Shown piece after piece: positions 44,041 to 60,908 of a stretch of DNA of 64,000 bases. The notes beneath the pieces are model-generated. The model searched no databases, had not been told where the DNA came from, and was given only the letters and a program-made list of their open reading frames with translations. Made by a program: the position numbers and the translations under genes. The stretch comes from Microbotryum violaceum (taxonomy: Eukaryota). Numbering within the stretch: the first letter of the stretch is position 1; each line of letters begins with the position of its first letter. The stretch spans positions 1,178,001 to 1,242,000 of the forward strand of contig CDLV01000004.1 of NCBI GenBank assembly GCA_001244265.2, read 5' to 3'.

Positions 44041-45561
44041 TGTAGACTCGTACTCCTCAAGGGAGACTGGATCGGCAACCAGTAAGTATACGAGACAGAG
44101 TACGGTTGTAAGGGAGTAGTTTTGAGCGTTAGGGGGAAGACTAAAGAGGCGCGCAGTGCAAGTGTGCAAAATATCTCTAAGTCCAAAGAGAGGTCCAAGC
44201 GTTGCAGCCGGCTAGGCCCGGCGCAGATTGGAGATTGATCTAAGCAAGAGTGTATGGAATTTAACACCCCCCCCCTTGCTCGAAGCTTACTTAGCCTCGG
44301 AGACCCAGGTTCTCACAATGAACCTTGAACACTAAAGGCCCAAGTGCCTTGGTGAAGATGTTGGCAACCATGGTTTTTGTGTCCACATAGTCGACTCAAA
44401 TGGTGCCCAGCCTGACTTGGTCGCATACAAAATGCTTGCGGATGCGGATGTGGCGGGACCGGTGGTGGAGGGTGGGGTTCTTGGCAAGACCCAGTGCCCC
44501 TTGGTTGTCGCCATAAAGTTGGATGGGAGCTTGGGTGTCAATGCCAAGCTCCAAAAGAAGTTCTTGGAGGTGCCCAGCTTCCTTTGAGGCATGCGAGAGG
44601 GTACTCGGTGTCTGTGGTGGAGTCAGCCACTCGGTTTTGCACCTTGGAGGACCAGGAGATGTCAGACCCGGCGAGGTGGAAGCTGTATCCCATGGTCGAT
44701 CGAGACAATGTGGTGCAGGCACCCCAGTCGGCATCGGAGTAGCCCGAGAATCCCCAGAACTTGCCTTGCTCAGAGGTGTAGTGGAGGCCCAGGGTTGTGG
44801 TTCCGCGCAGGTATTGGAAGACGGTCTTGATGGCAGTCCAATGTTTGGGTGTGGGATGGGCAGAGAATTGTGCCAGGTAGCCGACGGCGTAAGAGATGTC
44901 CGGGCGAGTTTTGACGGTTCCGCAAGCAATGGTTCAAGCTGGCGGTTTGGGGCCATGGGTGCGGAGGCGGTGCTGCTGTTGGACATACCAAATTGGTTGA
45001 GGATGCTTGTGATGTATGCCTCCTGCGACAGGATGATGGACTTGTTGGCCTGTCGTTTGATCTGGATGCCTAAGATGTACTGGGCTGGACCAAGTTGCTT
45101 GATGCCGTACTTTTGCTCCAGGCCGTGGAGGGTGCATTTGATCTCATCCTCAGAGGGGCTGACCATCAACAAGTCGTCAACATAAAGGGCGATGTAATGA
45201 TATTGGTCGCCGTCGCGTTGCACATATATGCAGTGGTCCTTGGCTTTGGCGCGGTAATCAAGACTTTTCAGTGTTAAGTCGATATGTTTGTTCCAGACTT
45301 GGCCGGCCTGCTTGAGGCCGTAGATTGATCGATGGAGCTTAAGGACTTTACCGGGCATGTCAATGCCTTGTGGTATGCGCACGTAGAGATCTTCTTTGAG
45401 TTCACCATGGAGGTATGCCTTGTCAACGTTGGCCTGATGGACATGGAGTTTCTTGGTGGCGGCCAGGGCAATGAGAGCGCGGATTGAGGTGAACTTTGCG
45501 ACAGGGGCAAAGGTCTCATCGTAATCAATACCTGGGCGCTGGGAGAATCCTTGTGCGAGCT
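44041..45561 (-). mobile_element. 3' fragment of a copia element (3' LTR 44041-44266, PPT, RT-RNase H)
   Basis: TG...CA LTR, C9 run (G-rich PPT on minus strand), AQGFSQRPG, LYVDDLL, GDNQGAL; frameshifted. Confidence 0.9.
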
Positions 45562-45880
45562 TATCTTATAAGACGATCACCACGACTGTCAGGAGAGGCT
45601 GAAAGTCAAACAGAAGTGATGAGAAGGGAGCTAAGAAACAAAAAGGGGGCCCGCGCTGGGATAGGCCCAGCCGCGGGTGAAATCGCTGGCGCGCTGAGGC
45701 AGTCGCGCGCGTCTAAGTCCCCACCACAAGGGGGCGGCCTAGCGGGCGTGCACCCGAATCCGCCGGCACCGGCACGCTGAGGCAGTCGCGCACATCTAAG
45801 TCCTCACCGCAAGGGGGCGGGCTAGCGGGCTCGCGCAACGACCGAGGCGCCCCTGTCGAGCTGAGAGTGGACTCTTCACA
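45562..45880 (-). repeat. probable solo LTR (TG...TA) with ~85-bp internal tandem duplication
   Basis: Minus strand TGTGAAGAG...ATAAGATA; GCTGAGGCAGTCGCGC...CTAGCGGGC twice; separates two oppositely oriented copia fragments; no TSD. Confidence 0.6.
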
Positions 45881-49772
<3,892 letters not shown>

Positions 49773-49775
<3 letters not shown>

Positions 49776-52700
49776 GGGGGGGGGGGGGGGGGAAAGGAGA
49801 GGGGAAAACTTCACAAAGCCTCCAACGCAAAGACTATTGGACTTAACTTGGTCATCACACCTCCCAATCTCGAGCCCCAGGCACAAAGCCCGCTCGAGAG
49901 AGAAAATCTTGCTCAAACGCTCTGAGTGCACCGGGGAGCAAGGGAGGGGCCACGACCTTGTCCAGCTCAAACCGCTGATGAACACGCCAGCGGAGCAGGT
50001 GCAGCCGCTGGAAGCCGATCGCGCAAGCCAGCCAAACCCACATCCATTTTGAGGTCGTTCTCCCACGACCCCGCAAAAAGGGGAGCCCCATAGTCAGCTG
50101 CTCCGGAGTGAACATCAACGGATCGACATTGTTATCCTCAATGCTCAGCTTGTCAAACAGAATGCAAAGCACCCCGCCCCAGAAGCTGGTCGAGTACGCG
50201 CACTCGAAAAAGTAGTGCGACACCGTCTCAATGACCGCTGCATTGTTGCCGCAGAACAGACACGTCGGCAAAGAGGCATGACCCTGAGTATGCTGCCTCT
50301 TGCACATCGGCGTCACGTCATACACGAGCCGCCAGTGGGTATCCTGCTCCACAGCAGACGCAAACCGGTCATGAAGCCATCTCCAAAAGCGCTTCCTATC
50401 GCTTTGAGAAGTCCCATCACGGAAACGCTTGACGCAATCCTCCCTCCCTGGGAACCGAACCACGTTCACAAGCCGACAAAGCTTGCAAATAGTGAATGGT
50501 TGGGTGAGCCCAAAGAAGTTGAAGCACCGAGGACGGGGAGCCTCCTTGAGAGGTATCCGAGCAGGTCGCAACGCGGTCTTGGGCAGCAAGGCTTTTGCCT
50601 TGAGCAACTGACCCACGCGCGACCACACGTGCTCGTGCTGTAGGGCGGGTTCCTTAGAGTGCTGCCAGAACCCGCGTCAATGACCAACCAGAGCCCAGCC
50701 CTTCCCTTTGTCCCTCCAGTACAGGTCCGCAATCTGCACAAACTTTGCCACTGCGTCCGCATTGTCATACGCGTACTTGACATCTTTGGCATAGAGTGAA
50801 GGGAGGTAAGGCGGAAGCGAGAGCAATTCGGGGAGGGTAAGGAGTTCGGACTTGATGGTTGGTAAGGTGACCCTGGCCGCTGCTGTTAGAAGTGGGGTCT
50901 GAGAGCCTAACTCATTGCTATTAGTCTTGGTTAATACTTTATTCTGCGCGCGCGCCTATCTTTGTCTTTGCGTCTTTTTTCCTTCTGGGTTCCTTCTCCA
51001 CGCTATTCTCATCATCTCACTCGTGTATCTCGGAGCTGAGTCGTGGAGTACCTCTTAGGTTAGTTACTGCAAAGCCACGCTATTCTCATCATCTCACTCG
51101 TGTATCTCGGAGCTGAGTCATGGAGTACCTCTTAGTCCTTGTTGCAACAGGTTATGAGCTCAACGGGCAAATCCGACTTCCCCAACGGGTCGGGCAATCA
51201 CTTGTATCTCAAGGACACACAAGGGTACAAGAGCTGGTCACAACATGCGTTTATCAATCTTCGAGCCGACAAAGTATGGGATGTCGTCAATCAATCCATC
51301 GACTCCCTTGTCGCGGACTATCGGTCCACGCTTGTTATCGCACATGCATCTGCGTCCGTCGCGCCAGTTGAACCAGCCTCCTCCGGCTTTAGCAGGCTTG
51401 GGGGGGGGGGGCTCTGGTTCTGCGCACTCGGACGCCTCGCCCAGGCTCACCAGCGTTCTAGTTGCGGACAAGGTCGCGGAATATCGCGAACGGGCCATCC
51501 GCCGCAACAATTTGGCATGCAAGTACATCGCCAATTCGATCTCTGAGGAACAGATGTCTCACTTGATTCATCTTACCTCGACGTACGAGATGTGGGACAC
51601 CCTCCGTGGTCTCCACTCTCACAGTCGCCCGAGTCGCACTATGGACCTCCTCAACACTCTAGCGCAACCTTACTCTGGGGATATTCCTTTTAAGGAATTC
51701 GTCAACAAGGTCAAGATTGCCATGACCGATTTTCAGAACCTCGGAGCTCCGCTTCCGCATTGGCTGTTTGCAGGCATGCTCCTTCAGTCGCTCCCAGCCC
51801 AGTATGACTCGATCGTTGGGAACCTTGCCTCTGACATCGACATCCACATGGATTGGAACACGTTCTATCCGAAACTCCTGATGAACGTCGAAATGGCTGA
51901 TTCCCGAAACAAACAAAAAGAATCGTTATCCGCTCGGATCGTTGACGATACTAGCCTCGTCGCCCGTATTTCCACCACGGCGCAAAAGGACTACTCCAAG
52001 TCGTATTGTTCGCGCTGCATAGCACTGGGACACGAGCGTGGGTGGCGTCTCCGTCCAAGCAGGAACAAGGATGCGAGCGCTCCCGCTTCCTCGGACTCAA
52101 ATTCGAACGTAGCTGCCATTGGTGTAGATGAATCTGCATTGATGACCTACACTTTCCCCTATTCGCGAACGATGCCACGTTTTCCATGGATCATTGACTC
52201 GGGTGCTAAGGTCCATTGCGTTGGAGACAAGTCGGTCCTATCGGACATTGTCTCTGAGCCTCTCAAAATTTCTGTCGCCGATCAATCTCAAATCGAATCT
52301 CCCGGTCATGGCTCAGTGACGTTTCTTACCTCATATGGCGCTTGTATCACCATTAAGAGGGTCTACTACATGCCCGGTGCTCAATGCGGTTTTATCTCCA
52401 TCAACCGTCTGTTGGAATCGATGACATACGCTGCTGGTCCCCAAAGCAATCTCATTTTCAGCATCCGCGGCAAGTCAATTCTGCGCTCGCTTCCTGGTCG
52501 GGGGTTTGTCATGGATGCAGCTCCCGTTCAGCCTATCATTTCATCCTCACCGCCTTCAATGGTCGGAGCCAATTGTCTCACTGGAACCTGTACGTTGATG
52601 GAAGCACATCGGAAGTTGGGCCATCAATCTCCTGCGGCGATTGTTTTGGCCGTCAAATCCGGGGCTATCACTGGCATCACTCTGAAGGACGAAAAGGTCA

Positions 52701-55700
52701 CTCCTTGCTTCTCGTGCATCCAGGCCAAGTCAAAGCGATCACCCTTCTCCAACAAGAGTACCGAAGCGCCTCATGCACTCTACCGCGTCTTCATTGATCT
52801 CGGGTTTGTTGAACATCCCAATCACCATGGCGATACTATCTATCTCGCTATCGTGGATCAGTATTCGACGGCTAAATGGACGATCGTGCTAAAGGACAAG
52901 AGGGCTGAGACAATTATCGAAGCATGGTCGAAATTTCAAGCCGAGTCCGAGCGTCAAACAGGTCAGAAAATCAAGAGGGTCAGATCGGACAATGGTCGTG
53001 AATTCAACAACTCATTGTTCCGGACTCTTCTTGAAAAGCAGGGCATCATTGTGGAATTCACGGCCCCCTATACTCCGGAGCAAAATGGTCAAGTAGAGCG
53101 ACTCAATGGATCTCTCATGGGTCTCTTTGGATCAATGCTCCTCGACTCCGGTCTTCCCATGCGATTCTGGACAGATGCTCTGGCCGTTGCGACATTTGTT
53201 CTCAATTGTCGACCACATCCTTGTATTCAAGGAAAAACGGCAATCGAAGTTCTTCTCAGCAAGAAGCCTAGTCTTGCTCATCTTCAACCATTCGGATCTA
53301 CGGCGTTTGTCCACGTTCCCAAGGAGCGTCGCTCCAAGCTTGCACCTCGCTCCATTCAGGGAGTTTTCATCAGGTACTCCGGTGAATACAACTACCGTGT
53401 CTGGGTCCAATCGTCGAAACAGGTCTACGTTTCGCGTCACGTCACATTCCTTGAGACTCCTTCCGTCGTCACTTCGTCTCAAGATCGCGCGGACGCTTCT
53501 GATCCCGTTCATCATTCTCAACCTCCTCATCCTCCTCATCCTCCGCCAGATGTGTTGCCGTCTACACCAACTTCACCTGTTGTGGATCCAACTTTGCCGG
53601 ATCCACAGCCTCCTCCGGTGGTTCCAATTGGAGTTGGTCAACAGGGGGGGTATCTTGCAGTCGTTCTTCAAGAACCACTCAATGGTGAGGCGGAAGTCGC
53701 TCTCGCTCCTCGTGAAGGTTACGCCATCGTTCGCACTGGTCCAAATCCTGGCCAATTTGAGAATGTTGATCCTTCCTGCTGGTTCTCGTCGTCAACCTCA
53801 ACCTCCGGAAAATATACTTCCCATCATTTTGGCTATCATGGTCGATGTCTTGGATACTCCACCCATGTTCCACGACAAGCTTTCCTACGATGCCTACTGT
53901 GCTGCCATGTTCGCCGAAGAAGACATCGAGATACCCAAGACATTCGAGGAAGCCATGAAGTCACCCTATCGCAACCATTGGAGTGCGGCAATGGTCTCAG
54001 AACTTCTACAATTCGATCATCATGGAGTCTTTCAGGAAGTCAAGTGGCACGAAGGAATTTGGGTACTCGGCACAATCTGGGTCTACAGTATCAAGCGCGA
54101 TGCAAACGGCAAAATCATTCGTTTCAAAGCTCGTCTCGTTGCTCAAGGATTTGCTCAACGCCCAGGCATCGACTACCATGACACCTACGCTCCTGTCGCT
54201 CGTTCTTCGACGATTTTGTTCTTGATTGCTCTGGCTGCTGCTCAGGGCCTGTATCTCGAACAGTTCGATTTCGACTGCGCCTTTCTCAACGGCAAGATGA
54301 CCGAGGATGTCTATGTTCGATACCCAAAAGGATGGAATCATCCTCAATCCCCTGGCAAGTGCCTCAAGCTCGTGGGTTCCATGTATGTCACCAAACAGGC
54401 GCCCCGTGAATGGTATCGAGCCGTCAACAATCTCATGGTGTCTCAAGGCTACATGAGGGCAACTGCCGATGCTTGCCTCTACATCAAACATTCGGGCACT
54501 TCGTTTGCTATCATCACTCTCTATGTTGACGACGGTCTCATCGCGTCCAACAATCAGTCCTTCTTGGACTCCGAGCTCGGATCGCTTCACAAGGCCTTCC
54601 AGCTCAAGCGTCTCGGACCCGTCTCCTACTTCCTGGGCTTTGAAATTCATCGCACCAAAGATTACATCCTCGTTCACCAAAGCAAGTATGTCCGCACTAT
54701 GCTCGGGAAGTTCGATTTCGCTTCTCCATCCAAGCGCCATGCAATCACGCCCATGGACGATCACCCCTCGCTTCGAATCAATGCTACTCCGTTTGCCGAT
54801 GTGTCATTGTACCAATCGGCTGTGGGTTCCCTGCAGTACGCGTCCACTCGATGTTGACCCGATATCGCAATTGCTGTTTGTGCCGTTGCTGAAAAGAACT
54901 CCTGTCCAACTGTCGACGATTGGGCTGCGGTCAAGCGTATATTTCGCTACCTCAACAGCACCATTGATTTGGGAATTCTTTATCGAAACAGTTCCACAAC
55001 TCGATTGATGGTCTACTCCGATGCCTCGTTTGCCGATGACCCGGAATCTTGCAGATCGGTGGGAGCCTATGCATCAATGCTCTCTGGCGGCGTTATCTCC
55101 TGGCAGTCAAAGCAACAATCTATGATTGCTACATCCACTACCGAAGCCAAAATCCTCTCTGCATCCTCAGCCACTCGTGAAGCAATCTGGCTCCGTCATT
55201 TGGCTGGTGATGTCGGCATTACACAAGCACAGCCTACTATCATTCAAGAGGACAACGCCGCATGCATCCAGATCGCCAAGGATCCGGTCGATCACATGCG
55301 AACCAAGCACTTTGACATTGCTCATTTGTTCGTTCGAGAACGGGTTGCTTGAATACTGCCCTACCCACGTCAATGCCGCGGATATTATGACGAAGCCTTT
55401 GGGATTTCAACGCTTTGATCAACTTCGTGCGCTACTTGGAATGGTCTCGTTAGTCTCTTTGACCGGTGGGAGTGTTAGAAGTGGGGTCTGAGAGCCTAAC
55501 TCATTGCTATTAGTCTTGGTTAATACTTTATTCTGCGCGCGCGCCTATCTTTGTCTTTGCGTCTTTTTTCCTTCTGGGTTCCTTCTCCATGCTATTCTCA
55601 TCATCTCACTCGTGTATCTCGGAGCTGAGTCGTGGAGTACCTCTTAGTCCTTGTTGCAACAGCTGCAACAACTGCCCCCCAGCGCGTCGAGTCGCGATAC

Positions 55701-58700
55701 AGCTTCTTGAGCCGAGCCGTGCTGCTGAAGAACCCCCACGGACTGAAATCACGGGTCGCAGCAACGAGGGACCTCCAGCTCTTGCGAGCTAGGGGCGCCC
55801 AGATCGCCTCGTTCAAGCCCGCCACAGCATCCCAAAATTGAAGGGTCACTTGAAGCTCCCCCCCTCCTGCACCGTTGGCAGCGCCTGCGCAGTCTTGTCC
55901 AGAAGCCAGTTCGGTCCGAGTGGTAGCACCAGCGTCTTGTCCGTGTTGGTCTTCCCGTTGGTTGCCTTGTACCACGTCTGCGACAGCGTTTGCAGCTTTG
56001 ACAATACCGCCGGTGACTCCACCACCACCACAGCATTGTCGGCAAACGCAAGATGCGTAAGCTGCGCACGCGGCCCCCGTGGCCACACCTTCTGCAGGTC
56101 GAGCGCAATGCCGCGCCGAACGAGGGCGTTGAGGAAGGGCTGGAACGTGATGTTCCAAACCGGGCACAAGAGGGGATCCCCCTGACCGAGACCACACAGC
56201 ATCCGCACCAAGTCCGTGGGGAACCCCTTGACAAGGTAGCGCACACCCAGAGTCTCGGGATTGTAGAGAGCACGCAGCAGCGAGATGAAACGCTCACCGA
56301 ACCCAAAGGCCTCAAAAACCTCAAAGATCCAGGCGTGATTGACCCAATTGTACGCGCTCTGCTGATCCAAAGACAAGAGGGCGCCCTCGGGGAAAACTTC
56401 AGTGCCTAGCGACTTGAGTTTTTTGAGAAGGAGAGTGAGATGACTTCCCGCGTCTGCTGAACATCTTGATGACATGAAACCGTGTTGCGCCGGCGGCAAA
56501 AGCTTGCCGAGCACCCCATTGAGTCGCGCCACCAAGACCTTGCTGAGGACCTTGTAGGTCGTCTCGTGCAGTGTGATCGGTCGATATGCCCCCAGTGATT
56601 TCAGATTGGCCCCCGGTTTGTTCTTGGGCAAAAGCCGCACCAGCCCCTCTGCCAAGGACACCGTCATTTTACCCCCCTCCCAAATCAAGTTGAACAAGTC
56701 CAACAGCTTGGGAGCAAAGGCAGCGCCTTGAAGAGCTCATACGGAATGCTCCAGGGCCCCGGTGATCGCCCCGAATCCGTCTTCTTCAACGCCGCTTCAA
56801 CATCAAGGAGGGTGAAGGGCTCGTCAAGCGCCACTGCGCAAATAGGGTCGAGCAGGGACCGACGTGCGTTCGTCGGGTCGCCACGAGCTGGGTCCGGCGT
56901 GAAGAGCGACTGTGCGTGCCGTGAAGCAATGCCCAGCGCCTCCTGCATGTCAATGGTCTCGGTGCCATCCACATCCTCCAGTGAGACGATGCTTGTCTGA
57001 CGACTCCGGCGGTTGAGACGCGTGCAAATGCTTGCCGATTGACCTTCCCTTGAGTCGACTGACGGCACATGCGCACAAATGCGCAGCCACTGAGCCTCCT
57101 TTACCGCCAACTGGTCCAACCGCAACTTGGCAAAAGCATACGCATCGCGCTTAGCCTCATTCATGTGCTCACCGCTGCCTCCAGAGCCTCCATGACGGAT
57201 TGGCTCTTAGCCCGCAGTCGGCGCATGTCGGCACGAGTCGAGCAGTATTGTGCATGGCCAACAACTGCAACTGCCCGCAGAGCGGCGTCATAGATGTCAC
57301 CGAGCGGAGCGGTCCCCTCAAGCCTTCGATAGACCTCGTCGACAACCCCGGGAATCGATGTGACAAAGTCTTGATTGTCAAAGACTGTTGGGTTGAGCCT
57401 CGAAATGAAATTGCTCATAGACGGAAGAGAAAGGGGGGCTTCGGCATCAGCGTTCGATGTAGGCAATGCGAAAGTCGCATTACAGGTCTGTGGTCCGAAC
57501 AGGGCGCGTCGAAGAGCATAGAAGCGCTCAACCACCGGTTTGCCCAACTGCATTGGACAAGAATATAGTCGATCCACGACCACGAGCAAATCTTTTGCTC
57601 CTCCCCTCTACCACGGTAGTGAGGACGAGTGAATGCGGGGGTGCAAGAATGGACATGTCGGACCGTGTCAAGTGCCTTGAACGCGATCTTTGACAGCAAG
57701 GTCTGCCAGTGCAATACAGGAGTCCAAGCGTGATCGGTGATGGCCACTCAATTGACCAATACATCCGGATAATTGTTGAGATCGCCGGCCAAGATCCGAA
57801 GAGTCTTGGGCCTCGGAGCGTTGAAGTGCAGAAGCCCGTAGAAATTGCGACGTTCTTCCCCCTTGACCGGCGCATACATATTGATGATCTCGACATCAAG
57901 CTTGTCAAGACGAAACACCGAGCGCAGGATCCGACCGTTGAACTGAGGGGCTTCTGCAAAAACGATTGGGGTAGAGGAGTGGAGACGGCCCACCAAAGGT
58001 GAGCCATCGGGTATCAAAGTAAGGACATGGGAAGTGAAACGAATACAACCCCCTGGCCAAGCACTCTCGAAGCCTTTGCGCAACGCGTTGAAGCTGAGAT
58101 GGTGCTCTTGAAGGAGGATGGCCGCAGGAGCCGGCCATAAGGATTTGAGGTAGCGGATGATTTTGACTTGATCGACTGCGTTCTTAATTGATTGGACATT
58201 GAACGTCAACACAGTGAGAGACTCAATCATGATTAAATCAGATCAGCGCCGCCCCCCACGAGGTTGCCAGCCCCGGACCTGGAACCCCCTGAATTGTCGC
58301 CCCCAGGACCGTCTCCCCCCAAGGAACTGTGGATCATGGCGGATCCCGCCCGGGTGACACGTCGGTTGCCGGGTGCCGAGGTTGAACGAACTGTCGCGGG
58401 GCGTCTCGGACTCGTGGAGGTCGTGGTTGCCAATGTTCCCGACATGCCACCGGACAAAGGCAAAGACAAAGTCGAAGTCAAAATCGGGCTTGATGTCGAG
58501 GTTGAGGTCAAAGGCGAAGACGGCGTCGATCCCGTAGCCGTCGGCGAGGGTGAGGGCGGCGTCATAGACGAAGTTGAAGTCAAAACCTGGCTCGATGTCG
58601 AGGTCAAAGTCGAGGTTGAAACCGGGCTCGCAACGGGCGCCGCCGCCGTTGTCTGTGTCCTGTTCACTGATCCAGCGGTGGCGTTTGTCGAGGTGGCGTC

Positions 58701-60107
58701 TCCAGTGTCGTTGCCCTCCAGTTTGGTGGAAGCAACCGATGCGCCGTCAATATTATTGTCCTCATTGGTATTGTTGGCGCTTGCTAGGTCAGTGGCAGGG
58801 TTAGTGCGGGGACCCAACTAGATCATGTTGGTACCGGAGGCACGAGAGGTCAGGGGTGTAGGCCCGCCGTGCTTTCCGTTCTTTCCGGCGACTCGGAAAC
58901 CACCTGTCGGAGTCGGAGTCAAAGTCGAGGTGCGGGCCCCTGGAACAGGGACAGAGGGGCCGGAGACCAATGTCAACGCTGGCTTCCTGCAGGTGCCCCA
59001 TTTGTGGCCGGCGCGATTGCATAGGCCGCAGTAGTGCGTCTCAAATTCGTGTCGCAAGCCGAATTTGGTACCGAGGATCGCAATTTTGTGGGGCAATGCG
59101 GTGTTGAGTGCCGCCTTTTGCGTCTCGGCCGAACCTTGGAAGAGGTCAGCAGGTAAGCGAAGGTACGCGCAGTGGTACCCATCTTCGGTCATGGCCATCA
59201 GATCGGTCGGATTGGTCGCGAGGCCCCGCTGTAATTGCATCAGGGTATGACCTTGCGTACGACCAGCGCAACCAAGCGAAGCATTGACTGCGTCATCGAG
59301 AGATTTGCGGAGAACAGAGGTGGGCATTGCCGTGAACTGAGGAGGGAGGGTGAATCACATCTGAACAATGCGGTCCAAAAGGGAGGTGCTCGTGAGCTTG
59401 GTGACCATCTCCTTTCCATGATAGTAGAAGGGACCTGCTGCAGTGGCTTCAAGACAGGCCTGGTCAGATTCAAAGACGAGCTCGTACATGTGGCAAGAGA
59501 TGGGAAACCTCTTGGTGGCTTTTGTCACCACAAAGTTCAGCTTGACACATTTCAAGAAGAACTTCTTGACCTCGGGCTTGAGCACCGTCCCCTCGGGCCG
59601 CGCAAACATCAACAGTGTCTCAGCCATCCCAAAGTGGTTACGGATTGCGGTCTGGACGGCCCAAACGGGTGAGCTGGGGGTGTCCATAATGACATGGATG
59701 CTGTTGGAGGCCGGAGTCGCATCGTTCCATACCAGTCGGTTTGCGGCTCGTGCAAGAGTTGGAGCTTGCGAAGCCGGCGTCGAGGGATTGTGCACAAGCA
59801 CCACCAGTCGCCGGGTCAGTTTGCTAGAAGGTACGATCTGGAGTACCCTGCAGGCATTCTGAAAAGCTTTCCCAAGATCAGCTCTGGACTGAGTTGCCAC
59901 GGCGGACCAGGCTGGAGGATTATTGGTTCCTCCAGTGAACATCTCACGGGTTTCCGTGTTGAGTGATTCATCTCTCAACACGTCACCAGCCCACGGAGCG
60001 TTGGGGGGTGCGAGGGTGGGCCGGGCGGATCCGGCATCACTTCTTGTAGTTGTCCTGTAGATCTTGAAGTGGTTGGTGGGCAACTGTACACACTTTGCGT
60101 GTGTGTG
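49773..60107 (-). mobile_element. near full-length L1/Tx1-like non-LTR retrotransposon, degenerate, interrupted by a copia element
   Basis: ORF1 with CCHC knuckle (~60040-58233); ORF2 AP endonuclease (TFNVQS, LQEHH, AGDLN, IDY, SDH), RT (YRPITL, GQGDPL, AFADN), C-terminal CLFC...ETVSHYFFEC; ends in a C20 run on the minus strand. Confidence 0.92.
50884..55661 (+). mobile_element. complete but decayed Ty1/copia element inserted in the LINE ORF2
   Basis: 5' LTR 50884-51149 (266 bp), 3' LTR 55473-55661 (189 bp), perfect TSD GCTGC, PBS GGTTATGAGCTC 51150-51161; WIIDSGA, RSDNG, LYVDDG, YSDAS; frameshifts and a TGA at 54855-54857. Confidence 0.96.
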
Positions 60108-60398
60108 CTTTTTTTTTTGTAGAAAACGTTCATCATATTGCCCCCAGTTCCTGTTCCCCCTGTTTTGGCTTACGGAAAAACTAGATGGAAGACTACAATG
60201 ATAACACAAACCGCCCACAAAAGTGCAAGAAACGAGCCAAGTCCACCAATCCGAGATTCAGATTCAAATACCCTAGCCAAGCGGTTGCTCCCCCCCAGGA
60301 GACTAATGAGAGAGAGAAAGAGAGATGAAGAGAAAAAGAAAGAAAAGAAATGTACTAACAACAGAAGGCCCACCCCACAGCCACTTCCCACTCGGTCA

Positions 60399-60630
<232 letters not shown>

Positions 60631-60908
60631 CCATGCTCCAAGTCTCTGCTCAGTCACAACAAAACGCGGTGAAGGTCCCTCAAAACCTCCCCCATTGGCA
60701 GTCCCTGGCCCCTCAAAGCCGACTTTCTGCCTGTGTCCGCTGATCCCTTCCTTGACTCAGAACCCCGAAGCCAAAGAGCGCCAGCCACACCGAGTCAACG
60801 CCAAATTGCAAGATGGTCCATGATCCGCAACGGTGAACCTGTAACAAATGAAAGATGAAAGCAATCTATTTAGTGTACAGTAGGAGAAAATGATGTCACA
60901 AGAATTTG

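Noticed and set aside
43426..44169. Val/Gly-rich antisense ORF (also 58264-58821)
   Set aside because: Shadow of the Thr/Ser/Pro-rich low-complexity tail of LINE ORF1.
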